Shown here: positions 14,346 to 29,770 of the stretch, piece after piece
Layout of the letters: every line of letters begins with the position of its first letter
Position numbering within the stretch: the first letter of the stretch is position 1
NCBI GenBank assembly: GCA_009914755.4
Contig: CP068257.2
Location: forward strand, 43,584,001-43,648,000
Reading direction: 5' to 3'
Source: the human T2T-CHM13v2.0 reference genome, Homo sapiens
DNA length: 64,000 nt
Program-made: the position numbers and the translations under genes
The notes under the pieces: model-generated
Told to the model about the DNA's origin: nothing
The model's database searches: none
The model's input: the letters and a program-made list of their open reading frames with translations, nothing else

Positions 14346-16889
14346 GAAGGCGTCCATCTTTACCGTGTTCAGACCCGGATGAGTCCTAGTCCCCGCCACA
14401 CACAGGTCGTGGGTTCTCCTTTGAGAGTGACCACTGGTTCCTAGAGCTTTTCCTAAACTGGAGACGGATCCTGCCCTGGGGGTCTCAGTCACCGCGAGGA
14501 CTCGAGGGTAACTGCCAGAGGTCCCAGGTGGCCCGAGGTGATGCCGGGCGCAGGGAGGGGCTGGGGCGGAGAGAGGGCTGGGGTTTGGGGCCGTGTCGGG
14601 GATGAGTGGTGAGGGGTGCCCAGAAGGGGGAGGCAGAGGTTGGTGTGGCCACGGTGGAAGGAGCCACAAACGTGGACATGTAAAGGAGGACCAAAAGGTT
14701 TTTTTTTGTAAAGATCAATATTTAGGACAGAAATCACAACCTTTCTATAAAACAAAACAACTGTATAATTTAAAAATTGAATTGTGAGCTAAACGCATAT
14801 GAGGGGTTACGGGTTTTCAAAATTCAGAGATTAGGAGCAAAACCAAAAACTTGTAGCCCGCTTCCCTGTGAGCCTCTTCTCCAGCCCAGCCCGGCTGCAG
14901 GACTCTGGGGCTGCCTTGAGGACGGGGTGCTATTTCTCAGGTTTCGTCTGCAAAGGGGTAAGTCACCCCAAACCAGAGCACTCAGTGGTGGACTTACAGC
15001 CAATCCTGAGCTTCTCAAGACACTAGAGTGCACCCCAGCCTGCCTGCCCCCGAGGCCTGGCACCAGCCAGTGCGGCAAACCAGCAGGCAGGGCACTGAAT
15101 GTCGTCTGAGCTGCAGGGCCCTTCCTGGGGCTGGGGGTCCAGGCCAGAGCCTCTGTGCTGTGTGTGTGTCCTTACTGTCCACGCCCGAGCCTCATTTATA
15201 TGGAGAACACATTTCTTCTCAGAAAAGCAAACCTCAAGCAGTTGAACTGGAGAATGAGGACAGAAGGGCTTATGCAGAGCCGGGATATTTTTTACACAAA
15301 ATCAGAGGAGGGCGACCTTCAAACTATTATTTGTTTTTCTCCTTTGGCCTGGAACTAATCAGCTTAGCATGGATGCCTGGGTGTCCCGGTGAGATAGCGA
15401 ACCCATCTCATTTGGGTGTTTACCTTTTATAAAAGAAAAAAAAATCCATTTCTTATGAGTACATTGTTATTTATTCTAGAACTTCCCTCATAAACCGTCA
15501 GTTCATGCTATGTAATCCTATAAAGTAGTTTATTTTTAAAAATCGTTGAAAGGATAAGCAGAAGATCGCCTCTTCCTGGCATGTGTCAAATTGCTTTATA
15601 TGTAGCTATTCTAGAGCAAAAATGCTGACTGTCCGTTGAATATTGTCACTTGCCAAGCAGAGAGCTGCGCACCCCTTTCACCCATCTGTGGGTCAGTATG
15701 CAGTGTATTTGGGGATATGACACAGTTTCTTATCGCTTCCCATCACCTGTCCTTTGTGAATTGAGGTGGAAGTAATCTCTTGAGGATGACCTGTCTGTGT
15801 TTAAATTGAAGATGAATATTGCCATGGACAAATCTGATTTGATCATTGAAGGGACAAGCCTCTGTTTTAGAATTCATTGTGTTGTCACTCAGTTTTGCTG
15901 CGATTGCCTCCTTGGTGCCTCCTCTTTCTGCGACAAAACCGAGGGAAAAAATAGGTGGGGGGAACTGTGCTGCAGGTACTTTTAAGTGGATTCAATTTAC
16001 CTCTGTTTAAGTAGTAGAGAAATATGTTTGGGCCCTGGAGAGAAAAATGCCCTGGATAATTTGCTTATAAACCAGGCGCATGCCTGGAGTGACCAGTGAG
16101 TGTGGCAGCAACCAGGAGGGGCCACCCTGTTGTCCCTGCCTCAGGGCAGGCTCTCCCACCCCAGCTCCTTGGTGGTTCAGGTGACCTTGTGCATCCCTCA
16201 TGTCAAGCCCTTGCCCAGGCAAGCAGGAGTGGGGCTGGAGCCCTGGGATTCACACAGGGCATGCCGTGCACCATGAGGTCAGTGACATCATAACAGAAGC
16301 CTGGCTTCTCAGACCCATCCAGCCCCAGGAATCCTGAAAGTGGGCAGACCTTCAGGGCACTGGGACAATTTGGAGGGAAGGGAGGGGCTATCTCAAGGAA
16401 CCCTGCAGTGCATGTACCTCTCAGGGAGAAACGGGTGACAGTGGAAGCGCCCTGGTCTGGGGATCAAGGTACCTGGGCTTAAAGCTTTGCTCCCATATAC
16501 CTCAGTCAGCCTCCTCCTCTGCAAAACAAAGACAGTAAAGCCTGGCCACCCACCCCTTGCTTGGTCTTCAGGGTGTCAAGATGGAACTCACACTTTGAGT
16601 CTTGGCTGGGATGGAGTTTGGGCTGGATAAAGGAAGTACAGTGAAAGTAGAAGTGGTAGTCAGACCGATGTGCAGCTGGGTTTGCTCTGCTGGGCAGTGA
16701 GAAGCAAGTGCTGAGTGACTGCCACCCAGAGGAACATGGCTGTCAGGCCCTGTGACCCAGCACCTCTCCACCCTGGATGTAAACTGCTGAGAATCAAGGG
16801 GTGGGGCTCCCAGGAATGAGGCCATGGCAGATGAGGAGGTCTGGAGTGTCTAGCCTAGTGCAAGCTATTTGTTTCCCAGACAAATAGCT

Positions 16890-18062
16890 CAGTGGAGCAG
16901 AATAGAGAGCCCAGAAGTAGACCCATATAAATATAGTCAACTGATGTTTGCCAAAAGTACAAAGGCAATAAAATGGACAAAAGATAGTGTTTTCAACAAA
17001 TGGCGCTCGATGTTCACATGAAAAAATAAAAGCATGTAAACACAAATCATAAACCCTTCACAACAGCTAACTCTAAATAGATCACAGAAACTACAAACGA
17101 CAAAATTTCTAGAAAGTGACATTAGAGAAAACCTAGATGGCTTGGGTTTGGTGATGACTTTTTAGGTACAACACCAAAGGCAACATCTATGAAGGAAACA
17201 ATAGGCTGGACTTCATTAAAATTAAAAACTGCTCTGCAAAAGATAAAGCCAAGAGGCTGAAAAGACAGGTCATAGACTGGGAGAATATGTTTGCAAAAGA
17301 CACATCTTATAAAGGGTCATTATCTAAAATCAATAAAGACTCTTAAAGCTCAACAATAAGAAAATGATCTGATTTTTTAAATGGGCAAAATAATTTAACA
17401 GATTCCTCACCCAAGAAGATATACAGATGGCAAATAAGCATATGAAAAGATGCTCCAAATCTTATGAGGGAAGTGCAAATTAAAACAAGAATGAGATGCC
17501 ACTACACATCTATTAGAATGGCGAAAATCCAGAACACTGACAACACCAAATGCTGTTGAGGATGTGGAGCAACAGGAACGCTCATTCATTGCTGGTAGGA
17601 ATGCGAATGGTACAGCCACTTTGGAGGACCGTTTGACAGTTTCTTACAAAACTAAATATAATCTTACCATATGGTCCAGCAGTTGCGCTCCAAAGAAGCT
17701 GAAAACTTAGGTCCACACAAAACCTGCTCACGGATGTTTATAGCAGCTTTATTCATTATTGCCAAACTTGGAAGCAACCAAGATGTCCTTCCTTCAGTAA
17801 GTGAATGGATAAATGAAACGTGGCACATTTGGGCAATGGAATATCAGTCAGTGCTGTAAAGAAATTAGCAAGTAATGAAAAGATGTAGAGGAACCTTAAA
17901 TGCATGTTACTAGGTGAAATAAGTCTATCTGAAAAGGCTATATATTGTATGATTCCAACTATATGACATTTTGAAAAAAGTCAAAACTGTGGAAACAGTA
18001 AAAAGACTAGCAGGAGTCAGGCATTTGAGAGCAGGAGGAGTGAATAGGCATAGCACAGAGGA
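16890..18062 (+). mobile_element. L1 fragment (ORF2 C-terminal part plus 3' UTR), older subfamily
   Basis: Translations resemble L1 ORF2, e.g. ...QWGKDSLFNKWCWENW-like and MRCHYTSIRMAKIQNTDNTKC.. GCGATGTLIHCWWECEW (compare L1 ORF2 [36 protein letters not shown]). Confidence 0.7.
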
Positions 18063-18064
18063 TT

Positions 18065-18344
<280 letters not shown>

Positions 18345-18429
18345 TAATAAGATTTAAAGAGAAACATCAAAACATTAAAAAGTGGGAGGATGAAGGTAAA
18401 ATGTAGAGTTTTTATTCATTTTCTCTTTG

Positions 18430-21400
18430 CTTGTTTGTTTATGCACCAGTGTTAAGTTGTCATCAGTTTAAAATAATGAGTTATAAGATATTATTTGTAA
18501 GCCCCATGGTAACCTCAAACCAAAAAACATACAACAGATACACAAAAAATAAAAAGCAAGAACTGAAAACGTACCGCAAGAAAAAATCACCTTCACTAAA
18601 AGAAAGACAAAAGGGAAGGAAAGAAGGAAGATGAGAGCACAGAACAACCAGAAAACAAATAATAAAAGGGCAAGAGTAAGTCTTTAACTTATCAATAATA
18701 ACAATGAAAGTAAATGAACTAAACTCTCCAACAAAAGATTAAAAAACAAGACCCACCAATCTGTTGCCTGCAATAAACACACTTCACCTATAAAGACACA
18801 CAGTGGCTGAAAATAAAGTTATGGAAAAAGATATTCCATGCAAATGGAAAACCTAAAAAAGAGCAGGAGGCCCTATACTTACGTCAAACAAAATAAATTT
18901 CAAGACAAAAACTATAATAAGAGAAAAAGTAGGTAATTATATAATGATAAAGGGGTTAATTCAGCAAGATGATATAACAATTGTAAGTACATATGCACCC
19001 AACACTGAAGCACCCAGATATATGAAATATTATTAGAACTGAAGAGAGAGATAGACCCCAATACAATAATAGCTGGAGACTTAACACCCCACCTTCAGCA
19101 TTGGACAGACCATTCAGATAGAAAATCAGCAAAGAAACATTGGACTTAATCTGCACTGTAGACCAAATGGACCTAATAACTGTTTACAGAATATTTTATT
19201 TAATGGCTGTGGAATACACATCCTTCTCAGCACGTGGATCATTCTCAAGACCGTATGTTAGGCCACAAAACAAGCCTTTAAAAATTCCAAAAAAATGAAA
19301 GTATATAAAATATCTTCTCTGACCACAATGGAATAAAACTAGAAATCAATAATGAGGAATTTTGGAAACTATACAAACATATGGAAATTAAACAATATGC
19401 TCCTGAATAAGAACAAAAACCATATGATCATTTCAATTGATGCTGAAAAAGTATCTGATAAAATTCAACATCCCTTTATGATTAGAAAAAATAAAAAATA
19501 AAAGTGATGTACAACAGACCCATAGCTGGTATTATACTGACGGGGAAAAACTGAAAGCCTCTCCTCTAAAATCTGAAACAAGACAAAGATGCCTCCTTTC
19601 ACCACTGTTATTCAACATAGCACTGGAAGGCCTAGCTAGAGCAATCAGACAAGAGAAATAAATAAAGGGCATCCAGATTAGAAAAGAAAGTCAAATTATC
19701 ATTGTTTGCAGAGGATATGATCTTATGTTTGGAAAAACCTAATGACTGTGCTGAAAAAGTATTAGAACTGATAAATTCAGCAAAGTTGCAGGATACAAAA
19801 TCAACCTACAACAGTCAGTAGCATTCGTGTATGCCAACAGTGAGCAATCTGGAAATGAAATCAAGAAAATAATCCCATTTACAATAGCTACAAATAAAAT
19901 AGGAAGAAACTTAACCAAAGAAGTGAAAGATCTCTATGGTGAAGACTATAACACATCAATGCAAGAAATTGAAGAGAACACACAAAAAAATGGAATGATG
20001 TTTCATGTTCATAGACTGGAAGAACCAGTATTGTTAAAATGCCCATACAACCCAAAGCAGTCTACATACTAAATGCAATCCCTCTCAAAATACCAGTGAC
20101 ATTCTTCACAGAAATAGAAAAAAAAATCTTAAAATTTATCTGGAAACACACAAGACCCAAAATAGCCAAAGCTATCCTAAGAAGAAAATAAAACTGGAGG
20201 AATCACATTACCTGATTTCAACTTACACTACAGAGCTGTAGTAACCAAAACAGCATGGTACCAGCATAAAAACAGACACACACCAATGGGACAGAATAGA
20301 GAACCCAGGGCTGGTTGCAGTGGCTCATGCCTCTAATCCCAGCACTTTGGGAGGCCAAGGCATGCGGATCACCTGAGGCCAGGAGTTCAAGACTAGCCTG
20401 ACCAACATGGTGAAACCCCGTCTTTACTAAAAATACAAAAAATTAGCCAGGTGTGAGGGTGGGTGCCTGTAATCTTAGCTACTCGGGAGGCTGAGGCAGG
20501 AGAATCGCTTGAACCTAGGAGTCAGAGGTTGCAGTGAGCCAAGATGGCACCACTACACTCCAACCTGGGTGCAACAGAGTGAGACTCCATCTAAAAAAAA
20601 AAAAATAGTGAACACAGAAATAAATCCATCCATCTACATACAGTAAACTTATTTTTGACAAAGGTGACAAGAATATACATTGGAAGAAAGGACAATCTCT
20701 TCAATAAGTGGTGCTGAGAAAAAACTGGATATCCTTATACAGAAGAATGAAACTGGACACCTATCTCTCACCATATACAAAACTCAAATCAATATGGATG
20801 AAAGACAAAGACAAATCTCAAAACTGTGAAACTACTAAAAGAAAACACTGAGGAACTCTCCGGGACACTGGACTGGGCAAAATTTTTTTAGTAATACCCC
20901 ACGACCACACGCATCCAAAGCAAAAATGGACAAATGGGATCACATCAAGTTAAAAATCTCCTGCACAGCAAAGGATACAATCAACAAAGTGAGGAGACAA
21001 CCCACAGAAAGGGAGAAAATATTTGCAAACTATCCATTGGACAAAGGATTAATAACCAGAATATATAAAGGGGTCAAACAACTCAATAGGAAAGCTAATA
21101 ATCCAGTTTAAAAATGGGCAAAAGATCTGAATAGATATTTCTCGAAAGAAGGCATACAAATGGCAAACAGGCATATGAAATGGTACTCAATATCATTGCT
21201 CATCAGGTAAATGCAAGTCAAAACTATGAGATATCATTTCACCTCAGTTAAAATGGCTTTTATCCAAAAGGCAGGCAATAATGAATGCTGGCAGGGATGT
21301 GAAGAAGAGAACCCTCATACACTGTGAGGTGACAGGCAAAGGAAATGTAACATACACATAATTGGAATCCCCAACAAAATATTGGAAAAATGGACAATAA
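18430..21400 (+). mobile_element. L1 element covering most of ORF2 (endonuclease through C-terminus), older primate subfamily, with a nested Alu
   Basis: The ORF2 endonuclease region (..cctgcaataaacacacttcacctataaagacacacag.. = CLQETHLT..) and RT motifs (..ctttatgattagaaaaaat..; FADDMILCLEKPND-like) are recognisable. The C-terminal MAFIQKAGNNECWQGCEE motif is around 21250. Multiple stops and frameshifts. Confidence 0.7.
20309..20605 (+). mobile_element. Alu nested in L1 ORF2
   Basis: ggctggttgcagtggctcatgcctctaatcccagcactttgggaggccaagg... A-tail at 20590-20603. Confidence 0.9.
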
Positions 21401-22320
21401 TAAATACTAAAAAAGAGTAAGTCAAGAATGTCTTCCACAATCCTGTGCCTGCACATGTCATCCACAGGCCCAAGGGCTAGCCAGCCCTGCCTGCTTCCAC
21501 TACCACTAGCACGGGGGGCCTGAGGGTGCACCTGCTTAGCCCATCACTAGTATCATCAACACCCATGTAAGATGCCCAGGGGTTCAATGACCAGTATGCA
21601 AAGGGCCTTCTGCCACCACAGCCAGTGCCTATGCTGCCACCCAGGGTAATGAGGACTAGCTTACACAGCACTTCAGCCTCCAGCAAAGCATCACCACAGC
21701 CTCCAGAAACAGCCACAGCCTAAGCTACCGAGGAACTTGCAGATACCACTGACGTTGATTACAGCCACAGAAATCATACAGAGACTACATTACAGCACCC
21801 ACTTAGAATTAAAGCCAAAGTACCCTACCCAACTGACACTATGGATACAATTATAGGAAAAGCATTTCCCTAAGAAAGCTACTTCATAAAATTGGTAGAA
21901 GTGACTGTTACAACAGATGCACAGTTATCAACCTAAGGACACAGGAAACATGAAAAAGCAAGGAAACATGACAGCTTCAAAGGAACACAATAATTCTCCA
22001 GCAGCTTCAAAGGAACACAATAATTCTCCAGCAGCAGACCCCAAAGAAAAGGAAATCTGTGAAATGCCTGAAAAGAATTTCAAAATAATAATCTTAAGTC
22101 TTAGCAAGATATACAGAAAGACAAAACAAAGAAATCAGGAAAACAATTGATGATCTGAATGAGAAATTCAACAAAGAAATACATTTCATAAAATGAACCA
22201 AACAGAAATCCTGCAACTGAAGAATTCAGTGAACCAAAAATACAACCAAGAGCTTCAATAATCTATTATATCAAGCAGAAGAAAGAATTTCTGAATTTGA
22301 AGACAGAGCAATGAGCACTT

Positions 22321-22638
<318 letters not shown>

Positions 22639-22681
22639 TAACCCAGTCAGACTGAAAAAAAAAAAAAAAAAACAATGAAAA

Positions 22682-22972
<291 letters not shown>

Positions 22973-22975
22973 AAC

Positions 22976-23320
<345 letters not shown>

Positions 23321-24227
23321 GTGTGACATATGGAACACCACCAAGTGAACAAATATTCAAATTTTAGGAATTCCAGAAAGAGAAGAGATGGGGAAAGGCA
23401 TAGAAAATTTATTCAATGAACTAATAGCTGAAAATTTCTCCAGTCTTGGAAGAGATATAAACATTTAGGTAATTATTATGCCACTTTCTGGCTTCTGTGA
23501 TACTAATGAGATGTCAACAATCTAATTGTCATTCCTTTGTAGATAATCTGTTTTTTTTTCTTTAGGGCTATTTTAAAAGATTTTCTGTTTCCTTGATTTC
23601 TCCTCCTTTGGATGTATTGGGCTTCCTGACTCTTTGAAGAATCTATCCAGTGTCTTTAAGGTATCTGAAAAATTCTCAGCCATTGTCTCTTTAAATATTG
23701 CCTCTCATGTTATTTCTATTATTTCCTTCAAAAACTCTTTTACATGTATGTTAGGTTCTCTGTTTCCATCATCCATGGTTTTTCAACTGTTTTTAAGTGT
23801 TTTGTCTCTTTGTTTCTCTGGACTGCATTCTGATGTAATTTCTTTGGATCTGTTTTCCACTTCACTGTTTCTCTCTTCGTCTGTGTCTAAATCTGTTGTT
23901 CAGACATCAAATTTTATAGTAATTTGTTTCCTTTGTTCTTATTCTTGATTGTGAACTGTTCATTTGCTTTGTAAATATATTAGTTGGAATTATTTGAGTC
24001 TTTGACTTAATTTTCCCCAGAAAGATTTGTATTTCCTTCAACTTGTCACCTTGATGGGAGGGGGGAAGAGATGTCTCCAGTATAGGACTATTTTTGTAAA
24101 TAAATCAACTTAAAATTTGGACCACACAAAGTTAGACTGAATTTGGATCATCAACTTCCTTGAGGTCTGCCTTGAGTTTATAAATTCTTGGGGTATTTTT
24201 TTCTCCTTCCTCAATGTTACTGCTGAA

Positions 24228-24290
24228 CTGTATCTTGGCCTTTTGGCTAAGATCAAGTGGAGTATCTTTTCTTATCAGTTTAATGTTAGG
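24228..24290 (+). pseudogene. U2 snRNA-derived fragment (5' about 58 nt of U2), embedded in a T-rich unclassified repeat
   Basis: tcttggccttttggctaagatcaagtggagtatcttttcttatcagtttaatgt versus U2 tctcggccttttggctaagatcaagtgtagtatctgttcttatcagtttaatat: about 4 mismatches over about 55 nt. Similarity ends where the U2 Sm site and 3' stem-loops would begin. Confidence 0.55.
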
Positions 24291-25554
24291 GCTGAGACAG
24301 GAACATTTCCTGCATGTCTATGTACAATTGCATGAAATTTTTCATGTACAGTTTGAAGTTTCTGCTGTACAAAGGGTCCTCTTCTATTTTTCCCACCTTG
24401 GGAAGATCCTCAGGCTTATTTCCTCTCCTCTCAGCCCTCTATCATTGTCAGACTTGCTCAGTGTTTGCAGGGTTCTGTAGAAAACCTGGATTTGAAAGTT
24501 GGATTTGGCATGGCTTGTCTCCTGGGGTTCTTGATTTCCCTCTCTTTGTTCCTTGTGGTTTATTTGCTTTCATGAATGATCTGTGGTATGTTTTAAAGTT
24601 TCTTTGAATTCAACTATTTACTTTATTCAGGAGGGTTGTTCAGGGCATATTATCTGCAATAGTATAAGAATTATAATCCCCAAGGCTATTCTTCACTTTC
24701 TATGTCCTTTTGGTTTGGATCTGTCTTAACCTAGAAAACAGAGCCTGAGGCAAGGATGTAAAGCATTGGGGCTTTATTTGGGAAGTGTAAACCCAGGACT
24801 GTGAGAGTGAGGTGCGAGAGATTGAGGCAAGGAAGGACCTCCCTGCAGTGATGCGATGTGAGTCTCAACTGTGCTGGCTGCTGTTTCATAAGAGGCTGAA
24901 GTGACCTGGCTCGGCAGATGCCTCTGGGTCAGCTGCATGGGAAGATGGCTCCAGGGATTCCACAGGAGGGGAACGGAATGTATCTTCTGGCTCTCTTCTG
25001 GCGGCTACTTTCCACTGGTCAAAGCTGTCCCCGCAGGGAATCAGGGGCCCTGGGTTGCATTCCCAGCCTCCTTAGCAGCTGCTCTGGGTACCACATCCCC
25101 ATGCTGCAGAGTGGCATCTCATGAGGACACAGAAGTGGCAGGTGGAGCATGTGGCTGGTCTGCCTGGCTGCACTGAGTTGGTCGAGGCAGGTCAGCAGGA
25201 ACCTGAGTGGCTGCTTGGCCCACACCACAGCAGAGCCAGGGAGACCAGCAGGCACATGAGATGTCTGCTGACACAGGATCTAAGATGGCCCAGTTATGCA
25301 CTGGCCCCTGTGCATTTCTGGGCCATGACACCTTCTGAATTGAGTTCTCAGTGTCATTACAAGTCACAGGTTTCTGGGTGATGTTAAGATATCACAAGGT
25401 GGACTGGCTATGTTTCCAACCCTTTTTCCTCTAGCTCCGTACACCATCTCCATCCCCAGCGCTGGCCCTTGGCAGCTCAGGGTAAAGTCATGTGAAGCTC
25501 TGGGTGCAGGTCAAGGGCTAGTGGTGGAGGTAAGAGGCTCTGCTCCTGTGGGGT

Positions 25555-25860
25555 GGGGGTGAGGGGCTCTGTGCCTATGGAGTGAGGGTCAGGGGGTGAG
25601 GGGCTCTGTGCCTATGGGGTGGGGGTGAGGGGTGGGGGGCTCTGTGCCTATGGGGTGGGGGTGAGGGGTGGGGGGCTCTGTGCCTATGGGGTGGGGGTGA
25701 GGGGTGGGGGGCTCTGTGCCTATGGGGTGGGGGTGAGGGGTGAGGGGCTCTGTGCCTATGGGGTGGGGGTGAGGGGTGGGGGGCTCTGTGCCTATGGGGT
25801 GGGGGTGAGGGGTGAGGGGCTCTGTGCCTATGGGGTGGGGGTGAAGGGCTCTGCGCCTAA
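25555..25860. repeat. 36-bp minisatellite, about 8 copies (tatggggtgggggtgaggggtggggggctctgtgcc)
   Basis: Direct reading. It produces the 82-aa ORF 25619..25867 (GVRGGGLCAY repeats), which is an artefact. Confidence 0.95.
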
Positions 25861-27292
25861 GGGCTAGTGGTGGGGGTAAGAGGCTCTGCTCCTATGGGGT
25901 GGGGAGGCCCCTGGGGTGGATAAGTTCAGCTGTGGGGAGGCAGTGGGAAGCTGGTTTGGGTAGCGGGTTCAGACTTGTTTCCAGGCAAGGGTATCAGAGC
26001 CCTGCTGGATTTCAACCCTCTGACACCCCAATTCCAAGGTCAGTACCCCAAGTCCTTCCAGGGCAGAACCTCAAAACCCCCACAGGAGTGATACGAGGTA
26101 TGGAACTGGGTTCCTGGACAGCCAGCCTTGTAGGTGTGCAGAGATGTCCTCTTCATTGTGATGCTGTCACTAATACTGTAAAAGATTGGTCATTGTTCAG
26201 TAGGAGAAAAGAATTCTATGGCCAGATACACATGGCTGTCTGCACATTACAGTCATAATGCCCCCACTGGCTCTAAGAATTCCTGAAACAAGGGGCTCAT
26301 CTGACCTGACGTCATGTGTGACCATGGAGTCCATCTCCCACGGACGTGAGCTGAGGGAGCAGAAGCCAGATTGTGTGCCCTTCCCCGCACGAAGAGCCTC
26401 AGGTCTTGGTAGAGCAGCATGACATTCTGGTGTGGCCATAAGAGGGTGTGGGAGGGGCAGACGGGGGAGAAAAATGGGGCAAGCAGCGCCTCCTCAGCCC
26501 CCCAACCCAATGACCCTTAACAGCCACCAGCACCCACAGGAGCAGGTGTTTTAGGACAGCCAGTCGAGAAGGTGAGGTAAACATCCTCTGTGTCTAGCCT
26601 GGTGACAAGTTTGAGCTTATGGGACATTAACTCACAAAGCAAAGTAACTGCAGCACGCTGTGAACCCTCCCTGAATTAATGGCAGGCGAATCTGCTTCAA
26701 GCAGAAATGGGTTATCTACAGAAACTTTGGATGTGCAGTTGAGTCTGAATCCTCCCCATTAATGGTGAGGGTAATGGGGTGGAGAGGACAGCCTCAGCCG
26801 GCCCCAGCTGACTTCTCTCCGCTGTGGAAGTTAATTCTGTGATGCTGTGGGGCCTGACAGCGTTTTTTGCCTTCCTGCTTTTTTTAAGGCAGACATTGCC
26901 AATTCACCTTTCCGGAGTTGTCTTCTGTTCCGCGTGGGGAGAAGATGATCGAGGGGGCTGCTGGGAGCATAGGGGAGGCACCTTGTGCCCACACACATCT
27001 GCAGATGAACTCTTGGGGTCATGCGGAGTGAGTCCTAACTGTGTACGGCTTTAGAGGGCGTCTCCAACTCAACCAACTGCTCAGTGCTCAGAGCAGTCTT
27101 ATCTCATGGATACATCATGACAGATGCCAATGGCAATGTAATCATCAGAAAGTATTCTTTAAATTTCTTGAAGCAAGCAACCAGAAATATTAAAGATAAG
27201 CCTAAATATAAGGCAGCCCTCTGTAACCCACCCACATGACACTGGTGTAGGTTTGCACACGCCTTGCATTCCATGGAGTCATCGAATGGTTA

Positions 27293-27619
<327 letters not shown>

Positions 27620-29770
27620 TTAATGTTTTCCCTTTCACTTCAAGTCGATATACCTTTCTACATGCCTAACTTTATTATACTTTTCAATACTGCCTAGTTG
27701 TATATTTAGGAGAGGTACAGTAATTTACTAAAACATCTCCATTATTGCACATTTAGTCAAATAGTTGTTTTTTCGTTTAAGTGATGTCATAATGAACATC
27801 TCCATGGTGGTTTTGTTTCAGGTGAGATTCTTGTTCTTAAGCTGCATCCCCAGGAGTAGGATTACTGGGTCAAAGCACAGACACATCTTTATGACTTTTG
27901 CTCTGTGTTACCAAAACTCACAAAAATGTTTAAAGGATTGTTTGAAAAAAGGTTGTGTTCAAGGTGGTTCAAGAGAATCAGGAGTTTCAGGCTGTCCAGA
28001 ATTTTGTAAACCAAAACCACACCCCTAATGCAAACAAGTTATGGATCTTATAAAAGAAAGAAAGAAAATCTGTATGACGCTGAGCAGAAAACATCACTCA
28101 TCAGCCCGATACTTATTTTTGCCATAGTTGACTTGTTTAAAAAGCTGTAATTTCAGAAGATGTGTTATTTTTAGTAATAATACTCAGTAGCTGACATCTA
28201 CTGAACTCTTAATGTTCCGGGCACCATAGTAAGCATTTAACATGAATTTTCACACATAATCTGTATGACAACCCACGGAATAGCCCTATTTTATTTTACA
28301 GCTTTGGAAACTGGGGTTAGAGAAGCAAGTAGCCCCAAATCACACAGGGGCATAGGGCTGAGCGTGGATTCACGTCAGCTGGGCTAAAGCCAGAGCCGGT
28401 GCTTTGGCTTTATCCAATTGTGTTAGGACTCTGTGCTACTGATCAATGAGCTATCGATGAATATCAGAAAATCGATTGATTAAGGACACCTGACAGTGAG
28501 GTCTTAGGAGTCACTTTTCCTCTTGGTACAGATGAATACCTACAACAGAGAGAAGGACAAAGCTGTCCTGCAGTGCCGGGCTCACCTGCGCCACCGCCTG
28601 CAGCCTTTGCTTCCTGACTCAGCCTAACTCCCAATGTCAGAATAAATGCAGGAGAGGGCAGTTTGGTGATGAAAGGAGAGGAACTATACTTGGAAATGAT
28701 ATTTTTCTGCATATTTAGAACCAAAAACCCCACTGGTTCATTGATCTCTGTGAGTAAAGGGTTAATAAAGCTCCCTTTCTGGAATTGAATCTGACCTCTG
28801 CTCACCTCCAGCTCTGTCCCTTGGGAAATCTGAGAGGGAGGGCCACCAGCTCTATTCCCAGGTGTGGGCAGCAGAATTCCAGCCTCGGCAAACGCCGTCC
28901 CAGAAGTGAGGTCGCCCGTGAAAATACTGCGTTGCTTGGCAAGAGGGACCTGCGCCAATGTCATTAAGATTCCTAATCAGCTGACCTTAAAGTAGATGAG
29001 CCTGGATCCTCTGGGCGATGTGAGTCCCTGACAGCAGGAGAGGGGGCAGGAGGGGAAGGCGGGGACTCGAAGCATGAGGGAGACTGGCTGCTGCTGCTGC
29101 TGGCATAGAAGGAGCTGGCTTCTGCCAAGAACCTGAGGGAGCCCAGTCGCTGCTGCCTCCCCAGCACCCTCAGGCAAGACCTCAGGCTGGGCATCGCCTT
29201 GCCTTTGGCCTGGTGAGGCTCCAAGCAGAGAACCCAGTCATCACCCTCAGAAACTTGTTTCAGTCCTTTCGGTTTGTAACAATCCAAGCACCGCCCCCAG
29301 AGTTACATGATAACTTTCATTGTCTCCTTCACTGTGGAGGCCATGAGGAGCCCCTGCCTGAAAAATCCTCAAGTCCCCATGCTGAGTTGAACCATACAGT
29401 CCGCAGTAGGGCAGGACCTGCCCGCCTGTTCGTCGCCCCTGGCGGTGGCTGTGCGGTGAGCCTCCCATAAGCAGCACATAACTCAGCTTCAAAAACCCAA
29501 TCTCATAATTGTGCCTTTGATCAGAAGTTGTATCTATTTAGATTTATTGTGATTTCTGATATATTTGGATTGTTTATACCTCTCTATATTGTGTTTTCTA
29601 ATTTATCCTTTTGTTGTTTTTTTCTCCTTTCTTACCCCTTCTTTTGGTTGATTCATTCTTTCTGCTTATCCCACTTTCACTCCTTCACACTACTTTGAGA
29701 ATTATATTCTCTATTCCTGTTGTTTTGGTGGGGAATCTCAAAACTTTACTGTTTATCTTAGAGTCTAAAG

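Noticed and set aside
28464-29287. 166-aa and 104-aa minus-strand ORFs including a (CTG)5/(CAG)5 run at about 29088-29103
   Set aside because: No recognisable domain, and no splice signals that fit a coding exon. The short CAG/CTG run is too small to be notable. It may be part of a lncRNA, but I cannot support a coding call.
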